From Zygnema circumcarinatum SAG 698-1b (Eukaryota; Plantae; Zygnematophyceae): 64,000 nucleotides of DNA. Position 1 is the stretch's first letter; each line of letters starts with the position of its first letter. Of this stretch, positions 1-11,992 are shown piece by piece. The notes below the pieces were generated by a model. The model did no database searches and was not told the origin of the DNA. It saw nothing but the letters and a program-made list of their open reading frames with translations. The DNA lies in assembly GCA_037447605.1 (NCBI GenBank), contig CM074819.1, positions 124,001 to 188,000 of the forward strand, written 5' to 3'. A program made the translations under genes and the position numbers.

Positions 1-54
1 TTCAAATATTGCTTGGAGGTGGCAGGCAAAGACAACAATCCTAGTGTGGATATG

Positions 55-545
55 TGTAGCAAAACGCTACAGCCACCGGGGGGCGCTACGCGCACCACGG
101 AGATCTCCGTACGGTTCACCCGTACCGATTGTCAGTTCCGGTCGGAGTTCGGACTGTCGGAGGACCGACATACTAAGACCACAGATGACGCCAAGGCCAC
201 GCTGAGGGCGCCGCTGCTAGAGCAGTCGGTCGTGGTGTCGCGATAAGCGCTGTTGGGTATGCGCTGCTGCCAGAGGCGCGCATTTACGTTATCCTCGCAC
301 GCTTCCGCCTCGAAGGCCGACATGTACTCCATCGCATGCAATCGCCACGCTACTCCAGCCACGCGGCGTCTCGCCAGTGGTGGGCCCTGCTTCCGGTCCC
401 TCACGCTGGTAGAGGGTTTGACGGGGGAAGCGTATAGGGGCGGGGGGGCGAATGCAACGGCATTCAACCCGGAAACCAGCATTCTCTCTCTCTCTCCTTC
501 CCTCTCTCTCGTAGCCGTCAACCGGCTTCCGGGGCCCTCACTACA
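55..545 (+). repeat. 5' LTR of element A
   Basis: Starts TGTAGCAAAACGCTACA, ends CTACA just before the PBS. Its 3' half resembles LTR sequence at 12855-13041 and 18200-18369. Confidence 0.8.
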
Positions 546-546
546 T

Positions 547-556
547 TGGTATCAGA
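547..556 (+). other. Primer binding site (tRNA-iMet type) of A
   Basis: TGGTATCAGA one base after the LTR-terminal CA. Confidence 0.85.
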
Positions 557-1477
557 ACCACTTTTCGGTCTTGGGGGATTGCTTCATCGGGTTTACCATG
601 GTTACCACGCTGCATGCGAATCGGGAGCTCTACATCTTCCACGCCGCTACCCTCGGCATATCTCCTCCACCACTACCGGCCTAAGCATCTTCGGCCACTC
701 CCCATGGGCGGTGCTTCGGGGACTGTTCCCACCAACCGCGGTGGCACTATCAAGCCGCGCCCCGCGTTCGCCACTCCCCTCGGCCGGGTGACGTATTCCC
801 CTCGCCGGGCGTGGGCCCAACCCTTGGGAAGACAACACAGGGGACCCTCCCCAACACGCGGGACTCTGCGCTGACGCCCAGCGATCATGGACTCGCCCCC
901 ATCGCTGGGGAGCGGAACTATTCTCCTCAAGGCCACCGCTAGACGAAGTGGGGCCTGAGCAGCCGAGCGCTTATTGAGATCTCCTCGCTGAGCTCCTCAT
1001 CCCATCCAAACGCATTTATAACCGACGCCGCAGAGGAATACCCTGTGGACGACTATCGCTCGTGACCTTGCGAGTCCCAGCGGTACCCAGAGTACCTGGT
1101 GAGGTGAGCCCCACCCACCTCGTGAGTGAGCCCCGGGCCCTCCGGGGTGCCGCCGGGCCGCCGCTCGCCAACCGCTGCCAACGTCCTGCCTTCCTCCCTC
1201 CCCGCCGCATCGGGATCAGCCCTCCGGTGTCCCCGACGTGACCCGCTCATGCCACTCTGGACTCCTCGCTGACCTCCGGTGTGGGGTGGTTGGTGCGCCC
1301 CCACTGGCCGCTGGGGACACCCCACCCGCACACCCCTGCCGGGCGACCAGCGCGGCTCTTTGGCGCCGCAACTGCACCTCCCCCGACTGGCCGCAAGAAT
1401 CACGCCGCCAAGGTCCCCCCCATCTCCTTGCCTCGCCAACACCGCCCCTTCGAGCAGCGGTGCAAAGAAACCGAAAG

Positions 1478-4400
1478 TGTAACGAAAACTCGCCTCTTCA
1501 AATCGCTACGAATAACAACACACCCCGCCAAGACTGGAGTTTTCGCCAAGAGGGCGAAAGCGAGAGTTTCGCAGTGGCGGCGCAGCTCTCGTCGTAAAAC
1601 CGTGTATACCGGTATCGCTGGTTGGATGACGACAGCCACCCACTTTACGCTTCCCCCGCTGGAACCCTCCTACCAGCATTGGTGATCGGAAGCTGTGGCC
1701 GCCCAATGGCGCACTGCCACGCATCCTTCACTCGAACGGGTCGAGGTGTACAACGCATTTAACGCCACCGCGATTCTGCCGCCAGCGACGCCGCGCGCCA
1801 GACGTTGCTGCACCCGCTGATCCTACGCTACGGCCAGCGGGTCCGACGACAAATCAGTCCGCATCAACGCAACCTCGTAGTGTACCTGGACGACTACATG
1901 CCCAAAACGTAAGGCGCGAAGATGTGGTCGAGATTCCGATCCTCTCACACGGCCACGATACATATATGTCTCAAGATATCAGCGCCGCACGTAACCCTGC
2001 AACCTTCTCGCAAGCCCTCGATCCCGTGACCCCCTCGTCCTAGTGGTCCCCAACGCCTTGGCCACACTCGGCCCGCCAGTGGTGAGAGTACTAGGACGAG
2101 CGCGCTTCCTAAGTACACCTCCCGGCAGGATCAGGCAGCCAGCTACATTACTCTCAGAAAATGTGAACGCCCTCGCTCACGGTGGGGGTAAGAAGGCAGC
2201 CAGAAGTTTCAACGCACGCCAGCTCTAACTCTACGTGATAACCTGGAGGGCTCAACATAATCCCGGGCCAAGTCCCTTTCCGAAGTTGCGCCACGAACGC
2301 CAGAAACCCCTGCCGCCCTCGCTGCCTCCGCGCCCTCAAGGCCTCCCGCAAGACAGCTTGATGAGCTCCCGCAATTGGTTAAGTTGCTCCTGCCCATGTG
2401 CTATATGTTCAACCCCTGCTGAAGCCCAACCACTTCAATGGTGTATCGTGACGGGAAGAGTTTAATTTCACAATACGGCAAGGCTTGAATGGTTTCAACT
2501 TCATACCTGCTCACCGGCCAAGTTCCACCGGTGGGGAGGTGGTCGATTTCTCCCATCGCTACTTGTAATCTAAAGAAACCCAATATGAAAGACCGGATGC
2601 ACCTTCACGTGATGAAATCCAACCCGTAGTTTACATCATTCGCCCACCCCCGAAGCGTCCCATGAAGCGGGCCACGGCCACGGTTCCGCCAGTGCTTGAG
2701 TCTCAAGTTCGCCGTATTTCTAGCAACACCTCACGCCTCATCAAGGTGAGTTGGGTACCTGCGACGGCCAACATGCCTTTTGTCGCGGATCGTCAGCTAG
2801 CGTATGTCCGCTGCGTTCTCGCAAATACGGACATTAGCCTGACAAAAAGATCTGGATCAAGGGAGGTTGAGTCCCATCACCTCTCGCCTAAGGCGTCGGG
2901 GGTCTGCGGGACGATGTTCCACTTGGGATCGTGGGCTGGATCCCTTGGTTGGAAGGAATTTAGGGGATGCTGACCAAAGTTCAGGAAGAAAGGGGTGGTA
3001 CCAATGGACTCCTGGAAAGCATTATTGATGGCATACTCGCCCACCGGGAGCAGTCATTCCACCCATCCACGTAGTCCCATATACAATGCCTGGAGGTAAT
3101 CCTCCAGATCCTCGTTTCACCCGCTCCGGCCCGCCATCGGTTTAAGGGGGTGGAAAGTTGCATCAACGTACCGCCTCGTCCCTACGATTTTTGAGCACTT
3201 CCGGGCCCGCAAATGGCCGGGTGAATCGTGGATCACGGTCAGACACAATTTCTGACTGAAGACCATGCTGGATCCACACTTTGTCAACATATAACCGTGC
3301 AATCTCGTCGGCCCCAGCTCTCTTGGTAGTTGGTGCAAAATGCACCATCTTGTTGAGCCGATCGGCTGTGCTGACGCAGGACCTGAGTCATGCCCCCGGA
3401 GGTGTCACAGCTTGAAGATCCGTGATCAAGTCCATACCCACACCGGCCCCATTTCCCGGGAAAAGCGAGGTGCTAGGATGCAACCGCCGTGATCCCGCCT
3501 GCGGGGTTTGCTCTCGCCGGACAAGCTGGACAAGCCAGTACATACGCTATTGATCCCTCGAGAGTCCGTAGCCACCGTAATCCCTGAGCAGCGGCCTCAC
3601 GCGTTTTGGCAACTCCCATGTGACCCTGCACGGAGGATCATGTAGCTCACCCAGAATATCGCCATACGCTTCCTCGCCTTTGGGCACCACTCAATCATAG
3701 CCGCGGTACCAAAAATCCGTCCTCGGACAATCACTTTGTCCTTATAGCCATTACCTTGGCCATCCAGTAGTCAAAGGATCACCAAGATACCCTCCCGAAT
3801 CATCTCTGCCCTCGGTGATTAGAGAGTAGGGAGGGTTGGATCGCTGGCCACCGTGGAGGGATCTATGACAAAGCATACCGGAGACTAGAGACTGTAGCTG
3901 GCCGCCCTCACTGGCGCCATTGGTCTCGCTCCACCAACACTGAGTCGACGAAGCACTATCCGCAAGATGCCGAGGCCGCCACTCAGCTGGTTCAAGCATT
4001 CAAATTCTTCCCGCCCCATAAACCCCACCGCGCCAAACCTTGGGAGGAACTCGCATCAAGGCTCGCCGCCAGACAAGGTCCGGTAGAGAGAAACGTCAGC
4101 GGGCGGTGGTCAGTGACCAGCGTGACCGCTTCCGCCCCCTCTAAATAGCACCGCCATGTCCTCAGGGCGTGGACCACTGCAAGCAGTTCCTGTTCCGTTG
4201 CAGAATAGTTGAGCTCAGCGGGATTCATTTTGCGACTTTCATACGCCAAAGGTTGGCCACCTTGAAACAAGACGGCGCCCAAGGCGAATCCCGAAGCATC
4301 ACAAACCACTTCATAAGTGCTTGGACGGGTCCGGCTAAATCCGAGAGTGGGTGCGGTACTGTGTTGCATGGCGACACCTTCGAATGCATCCCGCATTCAG

Positions 4401-7400
4401 GGTTCATGTAAAGGGACACCGAACGCAGCGTCAAATTAGTCAAGTGGAGCAACCAATTTACTAAACCCTTGGATGAACTTACCTAAAATAATTCGCAGTT
4501 TCCTAAAAGACCTTTAACCGGGTGCAAGTCGTTTCCAAGGGCTCTTCAAGTTTCTACCAAATAAATTTTGGCGTGATCAGTCAAGGCCCTCGATCATCAG
4601 AGGATATGCCCAAGATAAAGCAACTCTCGTTGCATGAAATGACACTTCTTCCTCTTGGCATAAAACTGGTGTTTCCTCGTGGTCTCAAACACTTTTCTAA
4701 CGCGTTCAAGATGCTCCTCCTCCGGCCTATCAAGACAGATATCATCGGTGTAAACCAAAAACAAACTCGCTCCATGCCGTAATGTAACACTTCGCTCATG
4801 ACAGCCCGAAAGTTGCCGAGCATTAGTCAATCCAAAGGGCAACACCTTATATTGAAATGACCAATCTGGCTGGCCCCAACGCAGCGTTGCACACGCCTTC
4901 CGTGACGCTGATCCGGCGATACCCCCCAGCAAGATCAAGTGATGTGAACACTTTGGCGCCGCGGAAGATTTATCCAACAGATCATCGACATACGCGGGTA
5001 AAGCAAATCGCATTCTTTACGGGCGCATCTTGAGCCATTGGCCAATCAATGCATCCTCAACGGTCATCTTTCTGCCAACAAACAAGATGGGCCCAAAGTG
5101 GGCTTTGGCCGGGCTCTATCCAAACTTCTGTCCCGTAGTACTAACTGCTTTCACGATTTCCTCGGCTTCCTTTGACTTAACCGATAGGGGACGCACGCCA
5201 AGGCGCTTTTGCTCGTGCTCAAGAGGATTGTGTGCCCCACCCCTAGACGGGTGGCAACCCTCTCGGGAAGGTCGTCGTGAAAACATCCTCGAATCCTCAT
5301 CCTCAACAAAGGTTGATTTGGGTGTGAACGCCGAGCACATCCCAGACGTGATCCGCCATTCCCCATCTTCGCTACGCACATCCTCGCGGCTGCCATGACA
5401 TGCACCATGAACAAGGTGTGCACCTTCCTTAACCGCTGTGGCCAATTGTATAGCCGAGCACGAGTGGCGAGTAGCAAAGCTGCCGGATACAGGACGGGCT
5501 CGCCAGGTGCGTGGTAAGTCAGCCTCGCCACCACCGTGCGTAATGCAAACGGGACGTAGTGCTTCATTTGTGCTTTTGACCATGGTTAACCAAGCACTCC
5601 CCAAAATAATATCAGCACTGGGGTCAGCTTGTGTTGGCCACACTTGACCGCCTGAGTGATCGAGCTTGATCTTTGAGTGTGACGCCGCTGCAGATCTCGC
5701 CCTTTAAAGGCCCATCCCCTAAAGTAACACTTTCAATGGGACCGTGGTCAACCCAAATCTTCGGTGAACGCTAGTAACTAACAAAGTTAAGACCGCCTCC
5801 GCATTCAAGAAGAAGACGGGCTGGGGTGGCCATTGGTCGCATCTTCGGATGAAGGTCAGCGGCACGATGGGCAAGGTGGAACATAGATTGCACTATATGC
5901 TTAAGGTCGAGGATCTGTGCCGCCTCCACACCAATGTGTAGGTGAGCCAACCAAATAGCCGGTGGGATCCCCTTCCATCTTCGCACTCAACGCGGTGCCC
6001 TTCTCAATCGCTTTCACCAACCGCCAGCGGGTATTGGGAAAGGCGCGGAATCGCCATGTACCGAGGAACCAAAGACATGCAAATTTCATGAAGTGTTTCC
6101 CATGACACTTGTGCTAATTCATGGCACACATTGCATGAGAAAATCACGCTCATGACACAGGATAAAGACATGCCAAGCACCATTCATCACTACATCCATA
6201 AACCTGCATGAGTCACTACAAAGGGCGTGGGGAAAAGAGAATGGAAGAAGGAGCACATCAAACACAAAAGATCTTGCACCCCCAAAGTCCCGCCCACCAA
6301 GCTTAAGAAGAACGTCCGAGGTTCTAAGAAACAATAAATTTTTATCCTTGATGGCAGCCCATTCCCTTCCCCTACTTAAGATGTCCACCTCAAAGAATCC
6401 ACCCCTAAGCCGCCGTGGTTAGGTTTTCCTACTTTGCCCTTCTTGTCCAAGGCTGGTAGGCAATCCCGGCCTTATGCCTTCCTTACAGCCGAAACATTTG
6501 TTTTCCCACGCATTTTCTCCTTACTTCCTCCTGAGTCAACCCTCGCGTCAGCAGTAGTTGGGTGGGCTGCAGCTACTTCCCACGCTCGGGCTGTTTCTTC
6601 CCCGCCATCTTAAGTGTGCCGTAGGTCCCGCCTTCCACGCACTGTTACGCTGCCCGACCTCCGCTGGCCTGAAGGGCCTCGCGACGCCGCTAGGGCGGTG
6701 TCCAATCAATGGTCGTGATCAAAGTACAAATTTTAGTCACGGTCCCACCTGCGTGAGTCCCATGGGTTGCTCCTCACCGCCTCGTGTGTGTGGCTTCAAG
6801 CCATTCTCGGTGGAAAAGAACTCAGCCTGACTAGGCTCGCGGGAGTGGTGATTTGAGGTACCACTGACGCTAAAAGTCTCTAAACCCGCCGGGACAATCA
6901 CGCCGCTTGGGACCATAAGTGTCTGGAATTTATCCTGCCTCCTGCCTGATCCAAGACCCTTAAAGTGATCGCATAGTTCATCTCAACTTATCCCACCGCC
7001 CCCAATTCATCAGAGGGCCCCCTCATACACACGGCATGCTGGCTCCTCTCGGGAAGCAAGGTAAGCAGCTTACCCAATCGAGTGGGGACAGTTGGTCGCC
7101 GTAAGGTAGTTCTTCGCTTGATCTAACCACTGCCAATCGAACAGCCCGTGGTAGATGTTCGCCCCAAAGGAAAGAGGGGCCACTTGGCCTCCCGACCTGC
7201 CTGCATCTCGCAGGGTCATGAGGAGCAACTGAGACCGGGATCTCCTCCCGCCTCAAAGCACGCCGTGACGGGGGTCCCCACCGCCAAGGGTTCCGCCACC
7301 CCGCGGGGGTGACTGGAAAACTGGGGCCCCACTGGCCGGCCGCTTCCTACATGGGGCGCTCCGATTGACGACGCTTTACCTGGAAAGTGGTTTGCCTAAC

Positions 7401-8611
7401 CCTTCCCCTGTGACCTCCGCTGCATCCACTTCTACAACTGAGGTCGGGCATACCTTCGACCCTTCCTGGAGCTCGGCCCGAAAAGGCTCCTCGGACCTAT
7501 TGGGAGCGCGGTTCACCAGCGCGACCGCGAGCTCTTATGTCGCCCACCTGCCTCGCATAAAGCTATGGTGGCGACGCCGCTGCTTCTTACATTCGCCCAG
7601 CTTCGCCGCATCTTCTTTCATCTTTCGCGGATGCCCACCGCGGATGTGGGCCCCCATCATGGGGATCGGGCGGATACCAGCGCCGAGCCACGCCCTGACG
7701 CGTGGAAAGGGGTGGGCACCTGGGATGACCTTGGTCAATGGGTTTCCTGGATCGCCCTCCCATGGGGGTGCCGCAGCCTTCCGAAGCCTTCTCCATCACT
7801 CGCCCCGGGATGTAGGGGGTGGGCGCCCTGGTGGGGCCCTCGGGTCCTCCTACCGGGCCAGTGGTCACTATGACCTGCGTGTTCTCTTCAAAGAGAAGAC
7901 CGCTAACGCCGCCTGATACCAAATGTAACGACTGAAAACCGCCTCTTCAGCCTGCGCGGAATAACACACCAGTACCCGGAGTTCAGCGAGAGGGCGAGAG
8001 TGAGAGAGCTTCAGAGAGTGGCAACCTCGTCGTGGGTGCAACCGTGATGCCGGCATGTTGGTTGACGACGACGGGGCCACCCACGCCTTTACGCTTCCCC
8101 GCTGGAACCTCCTACCGCAGGGAGGATTGGAAGTGGCCGCCCAATGGCAGTACCGCCACGCGTCCCTCTCACTCGAATGGGCCGAGGTGTACACGCACGC
8201 ACGGCCACCGCGATTTCCCGCTGGCGCTGGCCAAGCGACGGGCGCGTAAGCCGCTGCACGCCGCACGGCCGATCCTATGCTGCCAGCGGGCGCTGGTTCT
8301 GACGATAAATTCATTCGCATAACGGTGAATCTGTAATTGTATTTCCCGACGACGGGCTGGCTGCTCAAAAACGTAAGGAGGCGATGTGGTCGGATTCCGT
8401 GATCCTCGACCACACGGCATGACGCATACATATGTCTCAAAGATATCAAGGCCAAGATGGAACCTTGCAACCTTCAAGAAGCACATCCCGTGACCCTGGT
8501 CCTAGGTGGTCCCCGACGCCTTGGCCACTCGGCCCGCGCCCGGGGTGAGAGTACTAGGACGGAGCGCGCCCTAAGTACACCTCCCGTGGGTGACTGTAGC
8601 GTTTCGCTACA
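1478..8611 (-). mobile_element. Full-length chromovirus (Ty3/gypsy) M inserted in gag of A, heavily frameshifted
   Basis: LTRs 1478-~2147 and 7924-8611, both beginning TGTAACG on the + strand. PBS revcomp CTGATACCA at 7913-7921. Remnants of gag (CCHC ~6460-6500), RT (QYKVLPFGLTNA), RH (CDASGFALGAVL) and INT (HPVFH). TSD CCGAG at 8612-8616; left copy degraded as CCGAAAG. Confidence 0.85.
2350..2510 (-). pseudogene. Chromodomain at the C-terminus of the M integrase
   Basis: With frameshifts the minus strand reads PPPPVELAGEQxYEVETI…LKWLGF…STW…NLTNC, a chromodomain pattern following the GPY/F region. Confidence 0.7.
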
Positions 8612-9342
8612 CCGAGGGATACCTCTACGCCACTCGTTGCCCGCTGGAGGAGTGGGTGAACTTTGCCTACCCATCCTTGCGGGGGCAGGCTTTTCGGGTG
8701 TTCACCAATCTCCGCGATACGATCGGGAGCAGTTGGACGCGCTTTGCTGCCGAGATGAACAAGCACTTCGGAGTGCTGGACCCTAGCATGGAGGGTCGGA
8801 GAAAGTACGCTACGTTGGTGCAGACGGGCAGTGTACTTCAATTTCTTCAAGACTGCCGAGACACGGTGTCCACGATTACACGTGACACCCCTTCGCAGAC
8901 GGAGCAGTTCTACAGGTTCTCCATGGGGTTGAAACCTCACATTGCTAACCAACTGTTGCTGAATCCCGCAACCTCTAAGCCCTGGGTGGCGGCGGACGCA
9001 GATCTCTTTTATGCGGCCGCTGTGAATGCGGATGCGCAGGCCGTCGCGGTCGACCCCTGGCGTGGGACTTGGTCCCCTGTAGCCTCTGGGTCGAACACAC
9101 CGCGACGGGAAGCCCCACCGTTCCGGGCCCCACGCGGGGGCGGACGGGGACCCAAGCGCCCCGCGGAGGCCCCAGCCCAGACTTCAGTGGCAAAGGTGCC
9201 AAAGTTGACGCCCCAGGAGGCGGACAGATTGAAGAAGGAGGGCCGATGCTACCGATGCCGCCAGGCGGGGCACTTGGCCCGTGATTGCCCCAAGGGTCAG
9301 CAGGGGTCTGGCCCGGAAAACGGGCCCCCATCTGCAGTCTAG
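8612..9342 (+). CDS. gag: Gag of element A (C-terminal half, capsid region plus CCHC knuckle)
   Basis: EGYLYATRCPLEEWVNFAYPSLRG… and CYRCRQAGHLARDC; homologous to the gags at 9998 and 18416. Confidence 0.85.
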
Positions 9343-9997
9343 AGGTCGCCGCAGATGGTAGTGGTAGAGGGGAGGAATTGAGTGTTGGTGTAGCGTAACG
9401 CTACAGCGTGACCCTGGAGGCGTACTCATAGTGATACTATGACTATCCCTTCATCTCAGCGCCTAGCGGATAGGTTAGGACGCTGCCAAGACCGCAGGAG
9501 GTCTTGGGCTCGATCCTTGTGGCGGGCAAAGGATCTCTTTTGGNNNNNNNNNNGGGGACCCTCCCCCTCCAGCCACTGGTAAGCCCACTGCCCCTCCTCC
9601 TGTGGTCTTAGCTGATACAGTAGGAGAGGCGGCAGCTCCTAGGGGGGGAAATAGAGGAGCTGCTCGGGCCAGATGAACAGTACCACCTGCCTGGCCCCGC
9701 CTCGCCTGCAGACGGGACCATGGCGCTCCCAGCCTGAGGTGGCGTTAGCTCCGCCTCCGGCGCCGCCGCTTTCCTTCGCAGGAGCAGCCGCGGCCGCCCC
9801 TTGAGGGAGAGGCGACCGCGCCAGCAGCAATCCACCTCGCTGGTGCTGCCGGGCGACGTGGCTTACTCACATTGGTGGGTTCGCGTTCCCCGGGCGTGCG
9901 GATCCTCCTCCGGTGAAATCGGGCGAAGGTTCCCCCGATCTCCTTATGGGGAGAACGGCCGAATTCCGACTGCCCAATTGATCATTGGCTGGGGCAG

Positions 9998-10732
9998 GTG
10001 CGTGGGTACCTGTGTGCTACCCAATGCCCTCCCGATCAATGGGTGAACTTTGCTTCACCCGCTTTGAGGGGCGCGGCATGGAGTGTCTATGCCAGCCGCA
10101 AGGCTTTAATCGGAAAAGACTTTGAGAAGTTCGAGTCGGAACTTCTCAAACACTTTGGCATCCTGGATCCCAGTGCTGTTGCACGGGACAGGTTCCAGTC
10201 GCTCATGCAGACTGGAAGCGTGGCTGAATTCCTACGGGAATTGCGTGCGGCTTGGGCTTCAATTACCAAGTTCCCACCTGGACCCGAAGAATTCTTCTTC
10301 CGGTTCAGCCATGGATTGAAGCCGTACGTTCGGAAACAGCTTCGGCTGAATCCTCGTACCTTGGAACCTTGGGGACCTATGGATGATGAGCTGATGTTTG
10401 CAGCTGCAGTCCAAACTGACGTTGCGCCTACAGATGGTGCAGGGCCTTCCCGTCCCCCGCGTGCGGACATAGTGGACCAACCGCGGAAGCCTGGCGGGCC
10501 GAGCGGTCGTCCAAAGGGGAACGGCAAGAGGAAGGCAACTTCCTCTCATCCTCAGCAGTTTCAACGGCCTCCTACGCCGAAACTGGCTCCACAGGAGATG
10601 GAGGCTTTGAAAGCGGAGAACAAGTGTTTCCGCTGCAGGAAGGTGGGGCATCGGTCTTACGATTGCCCATCTTTCAAGAAGGATCGCAAGGGGAAGGGGC
10701 CGGCGGAAAACGGCTCCCCACCAGCAGCTTAG
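9998..10732 (+). CDS. gag: Gag of element B (true start lies upstream in a frameshifted region)
   Basis: GYLCATQCPPDQWVNFASPALRG…CFRCRKVGHRSYDC. Confidence 0.85.
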   Translation: MRGYLCATQCPPDQWVNFASPALRGAAWSVYASRKALIGKDFEKFESELLKHFGILDPSAVARDRFQSLMQTGSVAEFLRELRAAWASITKFPPGPEEFFFRFSHGLKPYVRKQLRLNPRTLEPWGPMDDELMFAAAVQTDVAPTDGAGPSRPPRADIVDQPRKPGGPSGRPKGNGKRKATSSHPQQFQRPPTPKLAPQEMEALKAENKCFRCRKVGHRSYDCPSFKKDRKGKGPAENGSPPAA

Positions 10733-11409
10733 GAGTCTCTGCTGGTGGGCTTGACAGTAGAGGGGGCAGCTTGTTAGCTGCTATCACTAGTGTAGAATGT
10801 TGTATCCCAAGGACAAATGACATTCTAAAAGTGATTGGGGGAGTTTTCAGCGGGAATCTGTTGTTTGTGTGCGATGCATTCCCTGCTGATTATTCATTCC
10901 TACCTTCTTTGTCGGTGACTCCAACAGTATTTCCGAATGCTGTCTTGCTGAATGAATGGCATGTGGTTATCTTGAATGCCATGGGCAGTGCTGCCTTAGT
11001 GCAATGTGCATTTGATGCCTTGCGCTTGCTGCGGTCGAAGGACCATGTGCTCAGTCTGCGAGTCTTACTTCCACAACATGTGGCAATAAGGGCTTATCCA
11101 CAGACTGAGTGGAGAATGGTAAAGCTATGGAAAAAGGGCTTCTCCCTTCTTAGGTGGATGCAGGGATCCCCCACCAGTGCGCTGGTGAAGTCCCCTCATT
11201 CCCTTGTGTGGAGGACTGCGCGTCCTCACGCACCAAATGTGCTACGGTCCATTTTCCACGTGGCCCATCGTGCAATGACCTTCCAAGGTTCAGCCGACGT
11301 ACCCTCGCCAGCCATTCTCATTGACACTGGCGCTGACGCTAACTTGTTAGCGCTAGCCTTTGTCGTGGTCGCTAGGTTTGGCAAATTCAGCCTCATTCCG
11401 CTAGTGTAA
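10705..11409 (+). CDS. Pol N-terminus of B: extra domain plus aspartic protease (-1 frame relative to gag)
   Basis: Open -1 frame from GGAAAAC, leading to the protease motif ILIDTGADAN. Confidence 0.7.
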   Translation, partial: GKRLPTSSLGVSAGGLDSRGGSLLAAITSVECCIPRTNDILKVIGGVFSGNLLFVCDAFPADYSFLPSLSVTPTVFPNAVLLNEWHVVILNAMGSAALVQCAFDALRLLRSKDHVLSLRVLLPQHVAIRAYPQTEWRMVKLWKKGFSLLRWMQGSPTSALVKSPHSLVWRTARPHAPNVLRSIFHVAHRAMTFQGSADVPSPAILIDTGADANLLALAFVVVARFGKFSLIPLV

Positions 11410-11992
11410 CTTTCGGGATGGACGTTAATCGGCCAGATTTCGGCAGCGCCGGGCCGTTGAATTGAAGATTCCAGTCTTACTCCTCGCGGTCAACTGCTTG
11501 CTGACGCGATAGCCCGTGAACGCATCTTTATCTTGGGGAGCAAATGGCTGACGCTTATGGGCGCTCAGTTAGATTTTGTTGTCCTTAATTGCGTCCTCCG
11601 CAGTAAAGGAAGACGCATGACGCTGCAACCAGGCACTCCTTCGGGACCAGCCTCGTCGCGTTCATCTTTGTCGTTTCTGTGCTCCGCCATGCAATTGGGC
11701 AGAGCACTAAAAACGAGTAGCATCTTGTTTATGGTGCAAGCCGCGACGGCAACCGGTGACGCCTTCGCACGGGACCAGGAGTGGCAACCCACCAAGGGTG
11801 AAACAATGCCAATCGCCCCAACTGTGTTTCCAACCTTTGTTGAAAAGGCTCGGAGATGTGCCCCCTGTACGACATCTCGCCAAGGGCTCCTGCCTCCAGC
11901 CGTAGGGGTGGGGCATTCATACCCCTTGAGCTGCAATCGTAAAACCTCCTTGGAGGCCAATCTATAGGCTTAGTCCGAAGGAGACTGAGGAG

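Noticed and set aside
10780-11270. DIRS/tyrosine-recombinase element suggested by the MTase-like domain
   Set aside because: These elements have direct LTRs, a PBS, 5-bp TSDs, a protease and a DDE integrase; no YR motif was seen.
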